Assembly: GCA_965248835.1 (NCBI GenBank)
Contig: CBDFLJ010000002.1
Coordinates: 544,001-608,000, forward strand
Length of the DNA stretch: 64,000 bases
From: Alphaproteobacteria bacterium
GTDB lineage: Bacteria > Pseudomonadota > Alphaproteobacteria > MPNO01
Direction: 5' to 3'
The notes under the pieces are model-generated. The model ran no database searches, was not told where the DNA came from, and was given only the letters and a program-made list of their open reading frames with translations. Shown here piece by piece: positions 18,027 to 27,474 of this stretch; position 1 is the stretch's first letter, and each line of letters begins with the position of its first letter. The translations under genes and the position numbers were made by a program.

Positions 18027-19004
18027 TCAGGCCCGCAAGGCCTCGCAAAACACCGCCGGATCGACGTTGCCGCCCGAGCAGACGACGACCACCGTTCGCC
18101 CGCTCGCATCGAAGCCGCCGGACAACAGCGCCGCCATGGCGACCGCGCCGCCGGGCTCGGCGACGAGCTTGAGCCCGGAGAAGATCGCGGCCATCGCGCG
18201 CGCCACCTCGCGGTCGGACACGGCGATCCCGCGGGCCAGCAGCCGGCGGTTGATCGCGAAGGTAAGCGCACCCGGTTTCGGCGCGCGCAAGGCATCGCAG
18301 AACGTCTCTGCGCTCGGCGCGACCGACTCGCGGCTTCCGGCCAGGAGCGACCGCGCGGTGTCGTCGAAGCCGGCAGGCTCGACCGCGATCATCTCGACCG
18401 CGGGGAAGGCGTCCTTCATCGCGACCGCGATGCCGGCGATCAGCCCGCCGCCGCCGACCGGAACCAGGACGGCGTCGGGCACGATCCCCAGCCGGTCGAG
18501 GTCCTGGGCGATCTCCAGCCCGACCGTGCCCTGTCCGGCGATGATCCGCGGATCGTCGAACGGCGGGATCATGCGAGCGCCGGTCTCCTCGGCGATGGCA
18601 GCGGCCAGGTTCTCGCGGACCTCGGTGGTGCGGTCGTAGGCCACGATCCGCGCGCCCCACGCGCGGGTTGCCGCGATCTTCACCGCGGGCGCATCCGACG
18701 GCATGACGATCGTGGCCGAAACGCCATGGGCCGAAGCGGCCGCTGCGACCGCCTGGCCGTGGTTGCCCGACGAGTAGGCGATCACGCCCGCGCGGCGCCC
18801 GGCCTCGCCGAGGCTCGCGACCGCGTTCCAGGCGCCGCGGATCTTGAAGGCGCCGGTGCGCTGCAACATCTCAGGCTTGACCAGGATGCGCCCGCCGCCG
18901 CGCGCGCCGGTCTCCGGCCACGCCAACAGCGGCGTGCGGACGATCTTGCCGGCAAGCCGCGCCGCGGCCCGGGCGATGTCCTGCGGTCCGGGCTCAGATA
19001 CCAT
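18027..19004 (-). CDS. Threonine/serine dehydratase (PLP fold II)
   Basis: 'KPEMLQRTGAFKIRGA', 'SSGNHGQAVA', 'GQGTVGLE', 'PVGGGGL', 'EPGGA', 'SGGNVD'. Confidence 0.92.
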   Translation of the reverse strand: MVSEPGPQDIARAAARLAGKIVRTPLLAWPETGARGGGRILVKPEMLQRTGAFKIRGAWNAVASLGEAGRRAGVIAYSSGNHGQAVAAAASAHGVSATIVMPSDAPAVKIAATRAWGARIVAYDRTTEVRENLAAAIAEETGARMIPPFDDPRIIAGQGTVGLEIAQDLDRLGIVPDAVLVPVGGGGLIAGIAVAMKDAFPAVEMIAVEPAGFDDTARSLLAGSRESVAPSAETFCDALRAPKPGALTFAINRRLLARGIAVSDREVARAMAAIFSGLKLVAEPGGAVAMAALLSGGFDASGRTVVVVCSGGNVDPAVFCEALRA

Positions 19005-19842
19005 CGAGGAACGCATCGACCGCGGCCACGCATTCCGGCTCGGTCAGGGTCGGCGCATGGCCGGTGTCGCGGACCGTCACGCGCTCCAGACCGGGGTGTT
19101 CGGCGGCCATCTTGTCGAAGCATTCGGTGGTCAGCAGGCCCGACTTCTCGCCCCGGAATGCCAGCGTCGGGATGGCGCGCAAGCCGCGAAACAGCGGCCA
19201 CAGGTCGGGGACGCGCGTGCCGTTCTCGATCGTTGGACGGATGATGTCGACGTCCCAGTCGAAATGCAGCATCCCGTCCTCGCCCTCGCGGAAGGTGTTG
19301 CCGAGCATGCTCTCGAACATGGCCTCGGTCTGGAAGCACAGATCGGGCAGGAGCGCGCGCATCGATTGCCCGGCGGTCTCCCAGTCCGGCTGGGGCCGAT
19401 CGACGCGAAGATAGTCGATGATGGTCTTCAGCCCGGCGGGCCTCAGCTCCGGCCCGATGTCGTTGAGGATCACACCCGCCAGCGCCGCGGGCCGCGCCGC
19501 GCCGAGCCCCATCGCCAGCAGCCCGCCGAGCGAAGTGCCGACGACAACAACCTTGTGCAGATTGGCCAGACTCAGAAGCTGGATGATGTCGTTGAGGTAG
19601 GTCCGCGGATCGTAGTTGCGCCAATCGGGATCGTAGTCGGACCGGCCGCGGCCCCGGAGATCGGGGCACAGCACCCGCCGGTCGGCTGCGAGCCGGCTTG
19701 CGAAGCCTTCGAAATCCTTGGCGTTGCGGGTCAGCCCGGCCAGGCACAGGACCGGCACGCGCGGCGACAGCGCGTCGCCGTAGTCGCGGTAGTAAAGCCC
19801 CATCCCGTCCTGTGCGGTGTATCTTCGCGCGCGGTAGTCCAT
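18994..19842 (-). CDS. Alpha/beta fold hydrolase
   Basis: 'GLTRNAKDF', 'DLRGRGRSD', nucleophile 'GTSLGG', 'LNDIGP', 'GHAPTL'. Confidence 0.9.
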   Translation of the reverse strand: MDYRARRYTAQDGMGLYYRDYGDALSPRVPVLCLAGLTRNAKDFEGFASRLAADRRVLCPDLRGRGRSDYDPDWRNYDPRTYLNDIIQLLSLANLHKVVVVGTSLGGLLAMGLGAARPAALAGVILNDIGPELRPAGLKTIIDYLRVDRPQPDWETAGQSMRALLPDLCFQTEAMFESMLGNTFREGEDGMLHFDWDVDIIRPTIENGTRVPDLWPLFRGLRAIPTLAFRGEKSGLLTTECFDKMAAEHPGLERVTVRDTGHAPTLTEPECVAAVDAFLDGI

Positions 19843-19856
19843 CGCTGCGGTGACGG

Positions 19857-20543
19857 CTAGCCGATCACCAGCGGCGGCAGGTCTTCCAGCGTTGTCAGTT
19901 CGGCGTGAACCTCCCCGGGCAGCACCTCGGCCGGCTGGCCGAACCGGTTTATCCACGCCACGCGGAAGCCGAAGGCGGCGGCCCCGTTGGCGTCCCAGCC
20001 ATTGGCCGATTGGAAGCTGATCCGGTTGGCCGGCAGCTTCAACGCGTCGACCGCGATCTGATAGACCGTGGGGTGGGGTTTGAAGATGCCCGCCCGGTCG
20101 ACCGACAGGATCGAATCGATGACGTCGTCCAGCCCCGCATTCTTGACCGCCGCCACCAGCATCGTCGAGGAGCCGTTCGACAGGATCGCCGTCCTCAAGC
20201 CCGCCTCCTTGAGTGTTTCCAACGGCTTGCGAACGTCGGGATAGGCCTCCAGCGCGAGGTAGAGCTGCATCAGCCGGGCACGCAGCTCGGGATCGGACAG
20301 CCCCACCGCGCTCATCGCGTAGTCGAGCGCCGCGCCCGTGACCTGCCAGAAATCCTCGTACCGGCCCATCAGGCTGCGCAGCCAGGTGTATTGAAGCTGT
20401 TTCTGCCGCCACAGGGCGGACAGCTCATCGGCGCGTTCGCCGATCGAATCCCGGCAGCGGTCCACTGCGGAGTTGAAATCGAACAGCGTGCCGTAAGCGT
20501 CGAACACGCAGGCGCCGATGTCGTCAAAGGCCGGTGCGGTCAT
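19857..20543 (-). CDS. Haloacid dehalogenase type II (L-2-HAD-like)
   Basis: 'VFDAYGTLFD', 'WRQKQLQYTW', 'ILSNG', 'FKPHP', 'SANGWD'. Confidence 0.92.
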   Translation of the reverse strand: MTAPAFDDIGACVFDAYGTLFDFNSAVDRCRDSIGERADELSALWRQKQLQYTWLRSLMGRYEDFWQVTGAALDYAMSAVGLSDPELRARLMQLYLALEAYPDVRKPLETLKEAGLRTAILSNGSSTMLVAAVKNAGLDDVIDSILSVDRAGIFKPHPTVYQIAVDALKLPANRISFQSANGWDANGAAAFGFRVAWINRFGQPAEVLPGEVHAELTTLEDLPPLVIG

Positions 20544-20621
20544 CGGGACTCTCATCAGGGATTCGCATCACCCCGCACTATACCGCACACCCCCGCCGGG
20601 GCGGCGACAATCGAGACCCGG

Positions 20622-22649
20622 TCAGGGCGCGGGATCGACCATGCCGGCGGGCGCCGGCGTCTCGGCCACCAGCCCGGCCGCATCCCGGGTCATGGCGGGC
20701 GCGCCGAGCCAGGGCGCCGGACCGGGCGTGCCGAGCCGGTCGCGGTATATCTCCAGCCCCTCCAGCACCCGCTGGACATAGTTGCGGGTCTCCGGGAACG
20801 GCACCGATTCGATCCAATCGATCAGGTCGGTGTCGGGATCCCGCGGATCGCCGAAGGCGCGGATCCACCGGTCCGCGGCCCGGCGCCCGGCGTTGTAGGC
20901 CACGAGCGCCGGAACGTAATGGTTGTCGTAGCGATCCAGCAGGTCGCCCAGGTGGGACATGGCCAGACCGATATTGTACGCGGCGTCCCTGGTCAGCCGT
21001 GCGCGGCTGTAGCGCTGTCTGATCTTGCGCGCCGTCGCCCGGGCAGTCCCCGGCATGAGCTGCATTATCCCGCGCGCACCGGAACGGGAGATCGCGTTGA
21101 CCGCGAAATTGCTTTCCTGCCGGCCGATCGCCAGCATCAGCGCCGGCTCGATGGCTGTCCTGGGCATGTCTATCAGCGGGTAGGCGGCGTCCTCGATCGT
21201 CACGCCCTGCCGATAGGCGTAACGCGCGATGCGCACGCCGAGGTCCCGCCGACCGATGCCGCGCACCAGCGCGACGACCGGAAGCAGCCGTCGCGGGTCG
21301 GGATCCAACCGCGCGAGCCTGCCGGCGAACAGCGCGACCAGCTTGTCGCGCCCGATCTGATCGAGCAGCCGGACGGTGCGCACCAGCTCGCTGCCCTCGA
21401 ATGCGGCCCGTCCGGCCGGGTCCTCGCCGCGCGGCGGCGGCGGGCTCCGATCGTCCGCCCTGCCGATCATGCGGGCGGCAACCTGGCCGTAGAACGTCGC
21501 CCCGAACCGGGCCGCCTCGCGATACCACCGCTCAGCCGCCGCCGGATCCTCGAGGACCGTTGCCGCGCGCCCGGCCCAATAGGCCGCCCGTGCGCGGCTG
21601 ATCGGGAACCGCACCGTCGCGTACAGCCGTTCGAAGCGCATCAGCGCCTCGGCCGGGCGGTCGAGAAAGCGCAGCGCGAGCCAGCCGGTCAGCCATTCGG
21701 CTCTGGCGAATGATGCCGAGCCCGGCCACATCCCGTGATTGGACGTCAGCGCGAAAGCCTCGAGATATCTGCCTTCCTTCAGCTTGCCGCGCGCGATGAT
21801 CACCCGTTCCGTCCACCAGCGCTCGGCGTAGAGCAGGTCTTCGGGCAGGCCCGCCAACATTTCGAAGGCATCGTGCAGGCGGCCCTTGCGGCGGCGCCAG
21901 CGAACCCGCTCATACAGCAGGCCCGGATCCCTCTGCAGATGTGCAGGGACCCGACGGATCGCGCCATCGACCCCACCGCGCATCCGCGCGAGCCTCATCC
22001 GGGCACGCGCGAGCGCGCGCCGGGCCGCGCCCACCCTGGGCAGCATGCGCCGGACCTCCCGCCACCGCCGATCCCAGACCAGCCGGTCGAGCCGCCGCGC
22101 GTGCTCGGCGGCGCCCAGCGCGCCGCCGAACCGCAGCAGCAGGCGGCGCTCGGGCGCGCCTTTCAGGTTGCTGTGGATCCAGATGTTGCGCGCCAGCGCC
22201 GTCGCCCGCTCGGACTTGCCGATCGCGTCAAGCGCATCGAGCAGGGCGATGCGGCCCTCGCTCGTAAGCGGCGGGTAGCGGTCGAGCCAGGCGATGACCG
22301 CCTCGGGCGGCAGATCCGTTTTGTCGGGATCGGTCAGCGCCTCCTCGGCACGGCGCCGCAGCGAGAACGGCAAGGGCCAATCTGGGTTGGCCGCGATGAA
22401 CCCGGAAAGCGCATGGAAGGTGGCCTCGTTGCCGGCCTTGGTCATGGAAAGCCAGCGAAGCACCTTGTTCGGCAGCTTGTTTTCGGCACGACGCGAAAGG
22501 CTGAACGCCGCAGTCCAGTCCGATGCGTCCGCTGCGGCAAAGGCCCGGCGATAGATGTCCCGGTCCGTCTTTGACAGGATCTCCTGGCCGTGGACGGGAC
22601 CGCACGCGAGGATGAGGATCAGCGCCGTGGCGTTCAGAAGGCGGACCAA
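20622..22649 (-). CDS. slt: Soluble lytic murein transglycosylase (Slt70-like)
   Basis: Signal peptide, superhelical region, 'RQESNF', 'GARGIMQLMPGTA', 'AYNAG', 'IESVPFPETRNYVQRV'; divergent from dapA. Confidence 0.92.
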   Translation of the reverse strand: MVRLLNATALILILACGPVHGQEILSKTDRDIYRRAFAAADASDWTAAFSLSRRAENKLPNKVLRWLSMTKAGNEATFHALSGFIAANPDWPLPFSLRRRAEEALTDPDKTDLPPEAVIAWLDRYPPLTSEGRIALLDALDAIGKSERATALARNIWIHSNLKGAPERRLLLRFGGALGAAEHARRLDRLVWDRRWREVRRMLPRVGAARRALARARMRLARMRGGVDGAIRRVPAHLQRDPGLLYERVRWRRRKGRLHDAFEMLAGLPEDLLYAERWWTERVIIARGKLKEGRYLEAFALTSNHGMWPGSASFARAEWLTGWLALRFLDRPAEALMRFERLYATVRFPISRARAAYWAGRAATVLEDPAAAERWYREAARFGATFYGQVAARMIGRADDRSPPPPRGEDPAGRAAFEGSELVRTVRLLDQIGRDKLVALFAGRLARLDPDPRRLLPVVALVRGIGRRDLGVRIARYAYRQGVTIEDAAYPLIDMPRTAIEPALMLAIGRQESNFAVNAISRSGARGIMQLMPGTARATARKIRQRYSRARLTRDAAYNIGLAMSHLGDLLDRYDNHYVPALVAYNAGRRAADRWIRAFGDPRDPDTDLIDWIESVPFPETRNYVQRVLEGLEIYRDRLGTPGPAPWLGAPAMTRDAAGLVAETPAPAGMVDPAP

Positions 22650-22839
22650 GCGTGCTCGCTATGGATGATCGGCTGCCATCGGATCATACAAGTGCGCTGC
22701 GGCTTGACAAACGCTCATGATCGGTGGGCCGCGCGCCCCAGATGCGGCTTGCTTGCCGGCCATTCGCCCCGGAAGTACTGTGTCGTCAAAGCCCGCTGGC
22801 CGAGCCTCGGCGGGCGCCACCGGATCGCAGGAGAGTACG

Positions 22840-23715
22840 ATGTTCAGCGGCTCCATTTGCGCGTTGATCACACCGTTTCAGGACGGTGCCGTTGACGAGG
22901 ACCGTTTCGCTGCGTTCGTCGATTGGCAGATCGAGCAGGGCACGCGGGCCTTGGTGCCATGCGGCACGACCGGCGAATCGCCGACGCTCAGCCACGATGA
23001 GCACCGCCGGGTGACCGAGATCTGCATCGGGGTCGCCAAGGGCCGGGTTCCGGTGATCGCCGGCACCGGCTCGAACTCGACCGCGGAGGCGATCGCGCTG
23101 ACGCGGCACGCCAAGGAGGCCGGCGCCGATGCCGCATTGGTGGTCACGCCGTACTACAACAAGCCGACCCAGGAAGGAATGTACCGCCATTTCAAGGCGC
23201 TGAACGACGCCGTCGATCTGCCGATCATAATCTACAATATCCCCGGTCGCAGCGTGATCGACATGAAGACCGAGACCATGGCGCGGCTCGCCGCGCTGTC
23301 CAACATCATCGGGGTCAAGGACGCCACGGCCGACGTCAGCCGCGCGACCCAGCAGCGCCTCGCGGCCGGCGAGGATTTCTGCCAGCTCTCGGGTGAGGAC
23401 GTCACCCAGGTCGGATTCCTCGCCCAAGGCGGCGACGGCTGCATCTCGGTGACCGCGAATATCGCGCCCAAGGAGATGTCGGCGATGCACGCCGCCTGGA
23501 AGGACGGCGAGATCGCGACGATGCAGCGGCTCAACGAGCGGCTGATGCCGCTGCATACGGGCCTTTTCTGCGAGACCAGCCCGGGCCCGGTGAAGTACGG
23601 CGCGAGCCTGCTGGGCAAGTGCTCGCCGGAGACCCGGCTGCCGCTGTGCGAGATCGCCGAGAGTTCGAAGCGGACCGTCGAGGACGCGATGCGCTCGGCA
23701 GGCATCCTCAACTGA
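22840..23715 (+). CDS. dapA: 4-hydroxy-tetrahydrodipicolinate synthase
   Basis: 'GTTGESPTL', 'TPYYNKPTQ', 'YNIPGRS', 'GVKDAT'. Confidence 0.96.
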   Translation: MFSGSICALITPFQDGAVDEDRFAAFVDWQIEQGTRALVPCGTTGESPTLSHDEHRRVTEICIGVAKGRVPVIAGTGSNSTAEAIALTRHAKEAGADAALVVTPYYNKPTQEGMYRHFKALNDAVDLPIIIYNIPGRSVIDMKTETMARLAALSNIIGVKDATADVSRATQQRLAAGEDFCQLSGEDVTQVGFLAQGGDGCISVTANIAPKEMSAMHAAWKDGEIATMQRLNERLMPLHTGLFCETSPGPVKYGASLLGKCSPETRLPLCEIAESSKRTVEDAMRSAGILN

Positions 23716-23719
23716 GCGC

Positions 23720-24193
23720 ATGCGCGCCAAGGCCGACAGCAACATCCGGGTCACCGCGGAAAACCGGAAGGCACGGCACAACTACGCGATCGAGGACACC
23801 TTCGAGGCCGGCCTCATGCTGACCGGCAGCGAGGTCAAGTCGCTGCGCGCCGGCCGCGCCAATATCAACGAGGCCTATGCGCGGCCGATCGACGGGCAGC
23901 TGTTCCTGGTCAACGCCCACATCAACGAGTACGCGCAAGCCGGACCGGCCAACCACGAGCCGCGCCGGCCCCGCAAGCTGCTGCTGCACCGGCGCCAGAT
24001 CGACCGCCTGCTGGGCGCCGTTCAGCGTGACGGCGCGACCGTGGTCCCGCTCAAGCTCTATTTCAACGAGCGCGGCATTGCCAAGCTGCTCATCGGTCTG
24101 GCGCACGGCAAACGCAGGCACGACAAGCGCGAGGCCGAGAAGAAACGCGATTGGGATCGCCAACGCAGCCGGCTGCTGCGGGCAAAGGGCTGA
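23720..24193 (+). CDS. smpB: SsrA-binding protein
   Basis: 'NRKARHNY', '[15 protein letters not shown]', 'RKLLLH', 'GKRRHDKRE'. Confidence 0.97.
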   Translation: MRAKADSNIRVTAENRKARHNYAIEDTFEAGLMLTGSEVKSLRAGRANINEAYARPIDGQLFLVNAHINEYAQAGPANHEPRRPRKLLLHRRQIDRLLGAVQRDGATVVPLKLYFNERGIAKLLIGLAHGKRRHDKREAEKKRDWDRQRSRLLRAKG

Positions 24194-24199
24194 GCAGCG

Positions 24200-24865
24200 A
24201 TGGACGGGAACGAGCCTGAAGCCCTGGCCGGCTACCGCGAGAAGCTGGTCCGGCGCAAGCAGGAGTGGGCGCGCGACGGCCGCCTGCTGAGCGAGGCGGC
24301 GCCGTCCGACGGCGAGCGGTTGCCGCCCGGCCAGCGCGAAGTCAGGAACTGGCCGGTGCTCGACCTCGGCGTCCGGCCGGAGATCGCCGCCGAAGACTGG
24401 CGCCTTACCGTCGACGGTCTGGTCGAGGCGCCGCTGATTTGGGATTGGCGGACCTTCATGGACCAGCCCCAGGTCCGGCTGGTCTCCGACATCCATTGCG
24501 TCACCGGCTGGTCACGGTTCGACAACGCCTGGACCGGGGTCCACGTCGCCCATCTGCTGGATATGGTGCGCCCCAAGGCCGAGGCCGCGCACTGCATCTT
24601 CCACAGCCATGACGGTTATACCACGAACGTCCGGATCGACCGGTTCGCCGAGGCGGACGTCCTGCTTGCCCATTCCTGGAACGGTGCGCCGTTGGCGCCC
24701 GCCCACGGCGGGCCGGTGCGGGTGGTGATCCCCAAATGGTATTTTTGGAAATCCGCAAAATGGGTCCGGCGCATCGAGTTCCGCCGCGACGACAAACCCG
24801 GGTTCTGGGAAGTCCGCGGATACAATAATGACGGCGATCCGTGGCGCGAGCAGCGCTACGGCTGA
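24200..24865 (+). CDS. Sulfite oxidase-like molybdopterin oxidoreductase
   Basis: 'RLPPGQ', 'DIHCVTGWS', 'HGGPVR', 'YFWKSAKW', 'GFWEVRGY'. Confidence 0.9.
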   Translation: MDGNEPEALAGYREKLVRRKQEWARDGRLLSEAAPSDGERLPPGQREVRNWPVLDLGVRPEIAAEDWRLTVDGLVEAPLIWDWRTFMDQPQVRLVSDIHCVTGWSRFDNAWTGVHVAHLLDMVRPKAEAAHCIFHSHDGYTTNVRIDRFAEADVLLAHSWNGAPLAPAHGGPVRVVIPKWYFWKSAKWVRRIEFRRDDKPGFWEVRGYNNDGDPWREQRYG

Positions 24866-24872
24866 GCCGGCC

Positions 24873-25508
24873 TCAGCCGAGCTCGCGGCCGACCGCCTCG
24901 AACACCGCCCGGAACATCGGCTCGGTCAACCGGCCGGTGTTCGTGTTGTAGCGCGAGCAATGATAGCTGTCGGCGATCACCAGCCCGTCCGCGGGCCGAT
25001 GGACCGCCCCGTGTCCGAACTTGAACGCCGCCGCCCTGAGGCCCAGCGTGCGCAGCACCGAGGCATGGGACAGCCCGCCGAGCGCCAGGATCACCTTCAG
25101 GTTGGTCATCGCCGCGATCTCGCCGGCGAGGAAGGCGCGGCAGGCATTGATCTCCCCGCCGACGGGCTTGTTTTCCGGCGGTACGCAGCGCACGGCGTTG
25201 GTGATCCGACAGTCGCGGAGCATCAGACCGTCATCGGGACGGGAGTCGTAGCGGCCGGTCGCGTATCCGAAGTCGCCCAGCGTCTCATAGAGCAGGTCGC
25301 CCGCGAAATCGCCGGTGAAAGGCCGGCCCGTCCGGTTGGCGCCGCGCAGCCCCGGCGCGAGGCCGACGATCAGCAATCGGGCCTCCAGCGGCCCGAAGCT
25401 TTCGACCGGGGCGTTGTGCCAGTCCGGCTCCGCCGCGCGATAGCGCTCGCGGAACGCCGCCAGACGCGGGCATAGCGGGCAGTCCCGCCCCGGAAGCGGC
25501 GGGGCCAT
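24873..25508 (-). CDS. Uracil-DNA glycosylase (family 5/UDGb-like, Fe-S)
   Basis: 'CPLCPRL', 'GLAPGLRGANRTGRPFTGD', 'RCVPPENKP', 'SYHCSRYN'. Confidence 0.92.
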   Translation of the reverse strand: MAPPLPGRDCPLCPRLAAFRERYRAAEPDWHNAPVESFGPLEARLLIVGLAPGLRGANRTGRPFTGDFAGDLLYETLGDFGYATGRYDSRPDDGLMLRDCRITNAVRCVPPENKPVGGEINACRAFLAGEIAAMTNLKVILALGGLSHASVLRTLGLRAAAFKFGHGAVHRPADGLVIADSYHCSRYNTNTGRLTEPMFRAVFEAVGRELG

Positions 25509-25527
25509 GGCGATGGATCCGTCCGGC

Positions 25528-26154
25528 TCAGTCCGCTTCGACGATATGGGGGTCCGGGCGTGCCGGAGTCGGGGCCTGGTAATCCGACCGCGCCGGGCTC
25601 GGCACCTCATGCGGTCTGACCGCCCGGGCGATCTTGGACGACAGGTCCTGGAGCTCGATGAAGTTGTCGGCCTGCCGGCGCAGCTCGTCTGCGACCATCG
25701 GCGGCGAGGAGCGGAAGGTGCTGACGATGCTCACCTGCACCCCCTTGCGCTGCACCGCCTCGACCAGGCGCCGGAAGTCGCCGTCACCGGAGAACAGTAC
25801 GATATGATCGAGGTGTTCGGCCATCTCCAGCATGTCGATGGCCAGCTCGATGTCCATATTGCCCTTGATCTTCCGCCGGCCGGTCGAATCGGTGAACTCC
25901 TTGGTCGGCTTGGTGACCAGGGTGTAGCCGTTATAGTCAAGCCAGTCGATCAGCGGACGGATCGGTGAGTATTCCTGGTCCTCGATCAGGGCGGTGTAAT
26001 AGAAGGCGCGCACCATCTGGCCCTCGGCCGAGAACAGCTCGAGAAGACTCTTGTAGTCGATATCGAAACCCAGGCCGCGCGCGGCCGAATAGAGATTGGA
26101 GCCGTCGATGAACAGGGCGATGCGCTCGTGCGGATGAAAATTCAGCTTAGTCAT
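25528..26154 (-). CDS. NYN domain (LabA/DUF88) protein
   Basis: 'LFIDGSNL', 'KGNMDIELAID', 'LFSGDGDF', 'LRRQAD'. Confidence 0.92.
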   Translation of the reverse strand: MTKLNFHPHERIALFIDGSNLYSAARGLGFDIDYKSLLELFSAEGQMVRAFYYTALIEDQEYSPIRPLIDWLDYNGYTLVTKPTKEFTDSTGRRKIKGNMDIELAIDMLEMAEHLDHIVLFSGDGDFRRLVEAVQRKGVQVSIVSTFRSSPPMVADELRRQADNFIELQDLSSKIARAVRPHEVPSPARSDYQAPTPARPDPHIVEAD

Positions 26155-26266
26155 TGGATCTTTCAATGCCAGTTACGGAGATGGATCCGACCGGGCCATG
26201 CACCGGAATCGGCCAAGGCGGGTGTCGCCTCGTGCAATGTTCCGGCCCGGGCAGGGTGAACGCAAT

Positions 26267-26854
26267 ATGGGAATAAACACGCTGAATGCAAACAAAACCC
26301 ACCCCGGGCCGACCGGCGGGGAAGGGCCGGGGGCTGCGCCGGAGGAGGCAATTCTGGTTGCGCTGGGCGCCAATCTTCCCGGCGTGGCCGGCGCGGCGCC
26401 GATCGAGACCTGCACCCGCGCACTCGACATCATGCCCAGGTTCGGCGTCGCGGTTCTGCAGCGGTCGCGGTGGTTCGCGTCGGCTCCCCTAGCGGCCGCC
26501 GATCAGCCGGATTTCGTCAACGGCGTCGCCCGGGTCTCGACCGCACTCGGCCCGGAGGCGCTCCTGGCCGCGCTCCATAGGATCGAGGAGGCGTTCGGGC
26601 GGGACCGTCCGTACCCCAATGCCGCCCGTATCATCGATCTCGATCTGATAGCCCATGGCCGGACAAGGTGCGGTGCCGACGGTGAGGCTGCGGGCGGCCT
26701 CGTCCTGCCGCACCCGAGGCTGCACGAACGCGCCTTCGTCCTGCTGCCGATGGCTGATGTGGCGCCCGATTGGCGCCATCCGGGGAGCGGCGCTTCGCTT
26801 GCCGCGATGATCGCCATGCTGCCGCCGGGCCAGCACTGCGCGCCGATCGCGTAA
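26267..26854 (+). CDS. folK: 2-amino-4-hydroxy-6-hydroxymethyldihydropteridine diphosphokinase
   Basis: 'LVALGANL', 'QPDFVNGV', 'ARIIDLDLI', 'LPHPRLHERAFVLLP'; start uncertain. Confidence 0.9.
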   Translation: MGINTLNANKTHPGPTGGEGPGAAPEEAILVALGANLPGVAGAAPIETCTRALDIMPRFGVAVLQRSRWFASAPLAAADQPDFVNGVARVSTALGPEALLAALHRIEEAFGRDRPYPNAARIIDLDLIAHGRTRCGADGEAAGGLVLPHPRLHERAFVLLPMADVAPDWRHPGSGASLAAMIAMLPPGQHCAPIA

Positions 26855-26888
26855 GGCCTGACAGATCGTCGCGATCCCCTTGATTTCC

Positions 26889-26917
26889 TTGATCTTCGCC
26901 GAGTCCGTATCTATATT
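26889..26917 (+). promoter_or_regulatory. Putative sigma70 promoter of rpoZ-rsh operon
   Basis: TTGATC-N17-TATATT about 32 nt upstream of the rpoZ ATG. Confidence 0.6.
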
Positions 26918-26949
26918 CTTCCGATCACACCTTCCAGGAGCGCCGCACG

Positions 26950-27387
26950 ATGGCCCGGGTTACCGTTGAAGACTGTATTGTCAGGATCCCCAATCGGTTC
27001 GAGCTTGTCATGACCGCCGCGCAACGTTCGCGCGAACTGTCGGTGGGCGCCGAGCTGACCGTCGATCGCGACAATGACAAGAACCCGGTCGTCGCGCTGC
27101 GCGAGATCGCCGATGAGACGGTCGATGTGATCGAGCTCGAGGACTCGCTGATCCGCGGACTGCAGAAGCACGTCGACATCGAGGAGCCCGTCGAGGAAGG
27201 CGACGAGTTCCTCGCCGCCGAAGAAGCGCTCAGCAATTTCGCCGCAATGGGGTTTGGCGGGGCGCTGTCCTCGCCGGTGCCGGATGCCGCCGGCGAGGCG
27301 AAGCCCGACGGCCCGGTGCTGGTCGGGTTCGAGGATATCGGCGAGGCCGAAGCGGCGGCGGAAGGCGACGAGCCGCAGGAAATTTGA
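26950..27387 (+). CDS. rpoZ: RNA polymerase omega subunit
   Basis: 'MARVTVEDC...NRFELV...[12 protein letters not shown]' plus acidic alphaproteobacterial tail. Confidence 0.97.
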   Translation: MARVTVEDCIVRIPNRFELVMTAAQRSRELSVGAELTVDRDNDKNPVVALREIADETVDVIELEDSLIRGLQKHVDIEEPVEEGDEFLAAEEALSNFAAMGFGGALSSPVPDAAGEAKPDGPVLVGFEDIGEAEAAAEGDEPQEI

Positions 27388-27474
27388 ACACGACCATCGA
27401 CCGCTCTCTGATCGAGACGCGACGCGGCCGGCGCCCGGTCTCAACGCGCCCGCCGGCATGAGCGGATCACCGCG

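Noticed and set aside
23720-24865. Possible ssrA (tmRNA) near smpB
   Set aside because: No intergenic space or tRNA-like ends; the flanks are fully coding
27180-27387. Long acidic C-terminal tail on RpoZ
   Set aside because: Normal for alphaproteobacterial omega subunits
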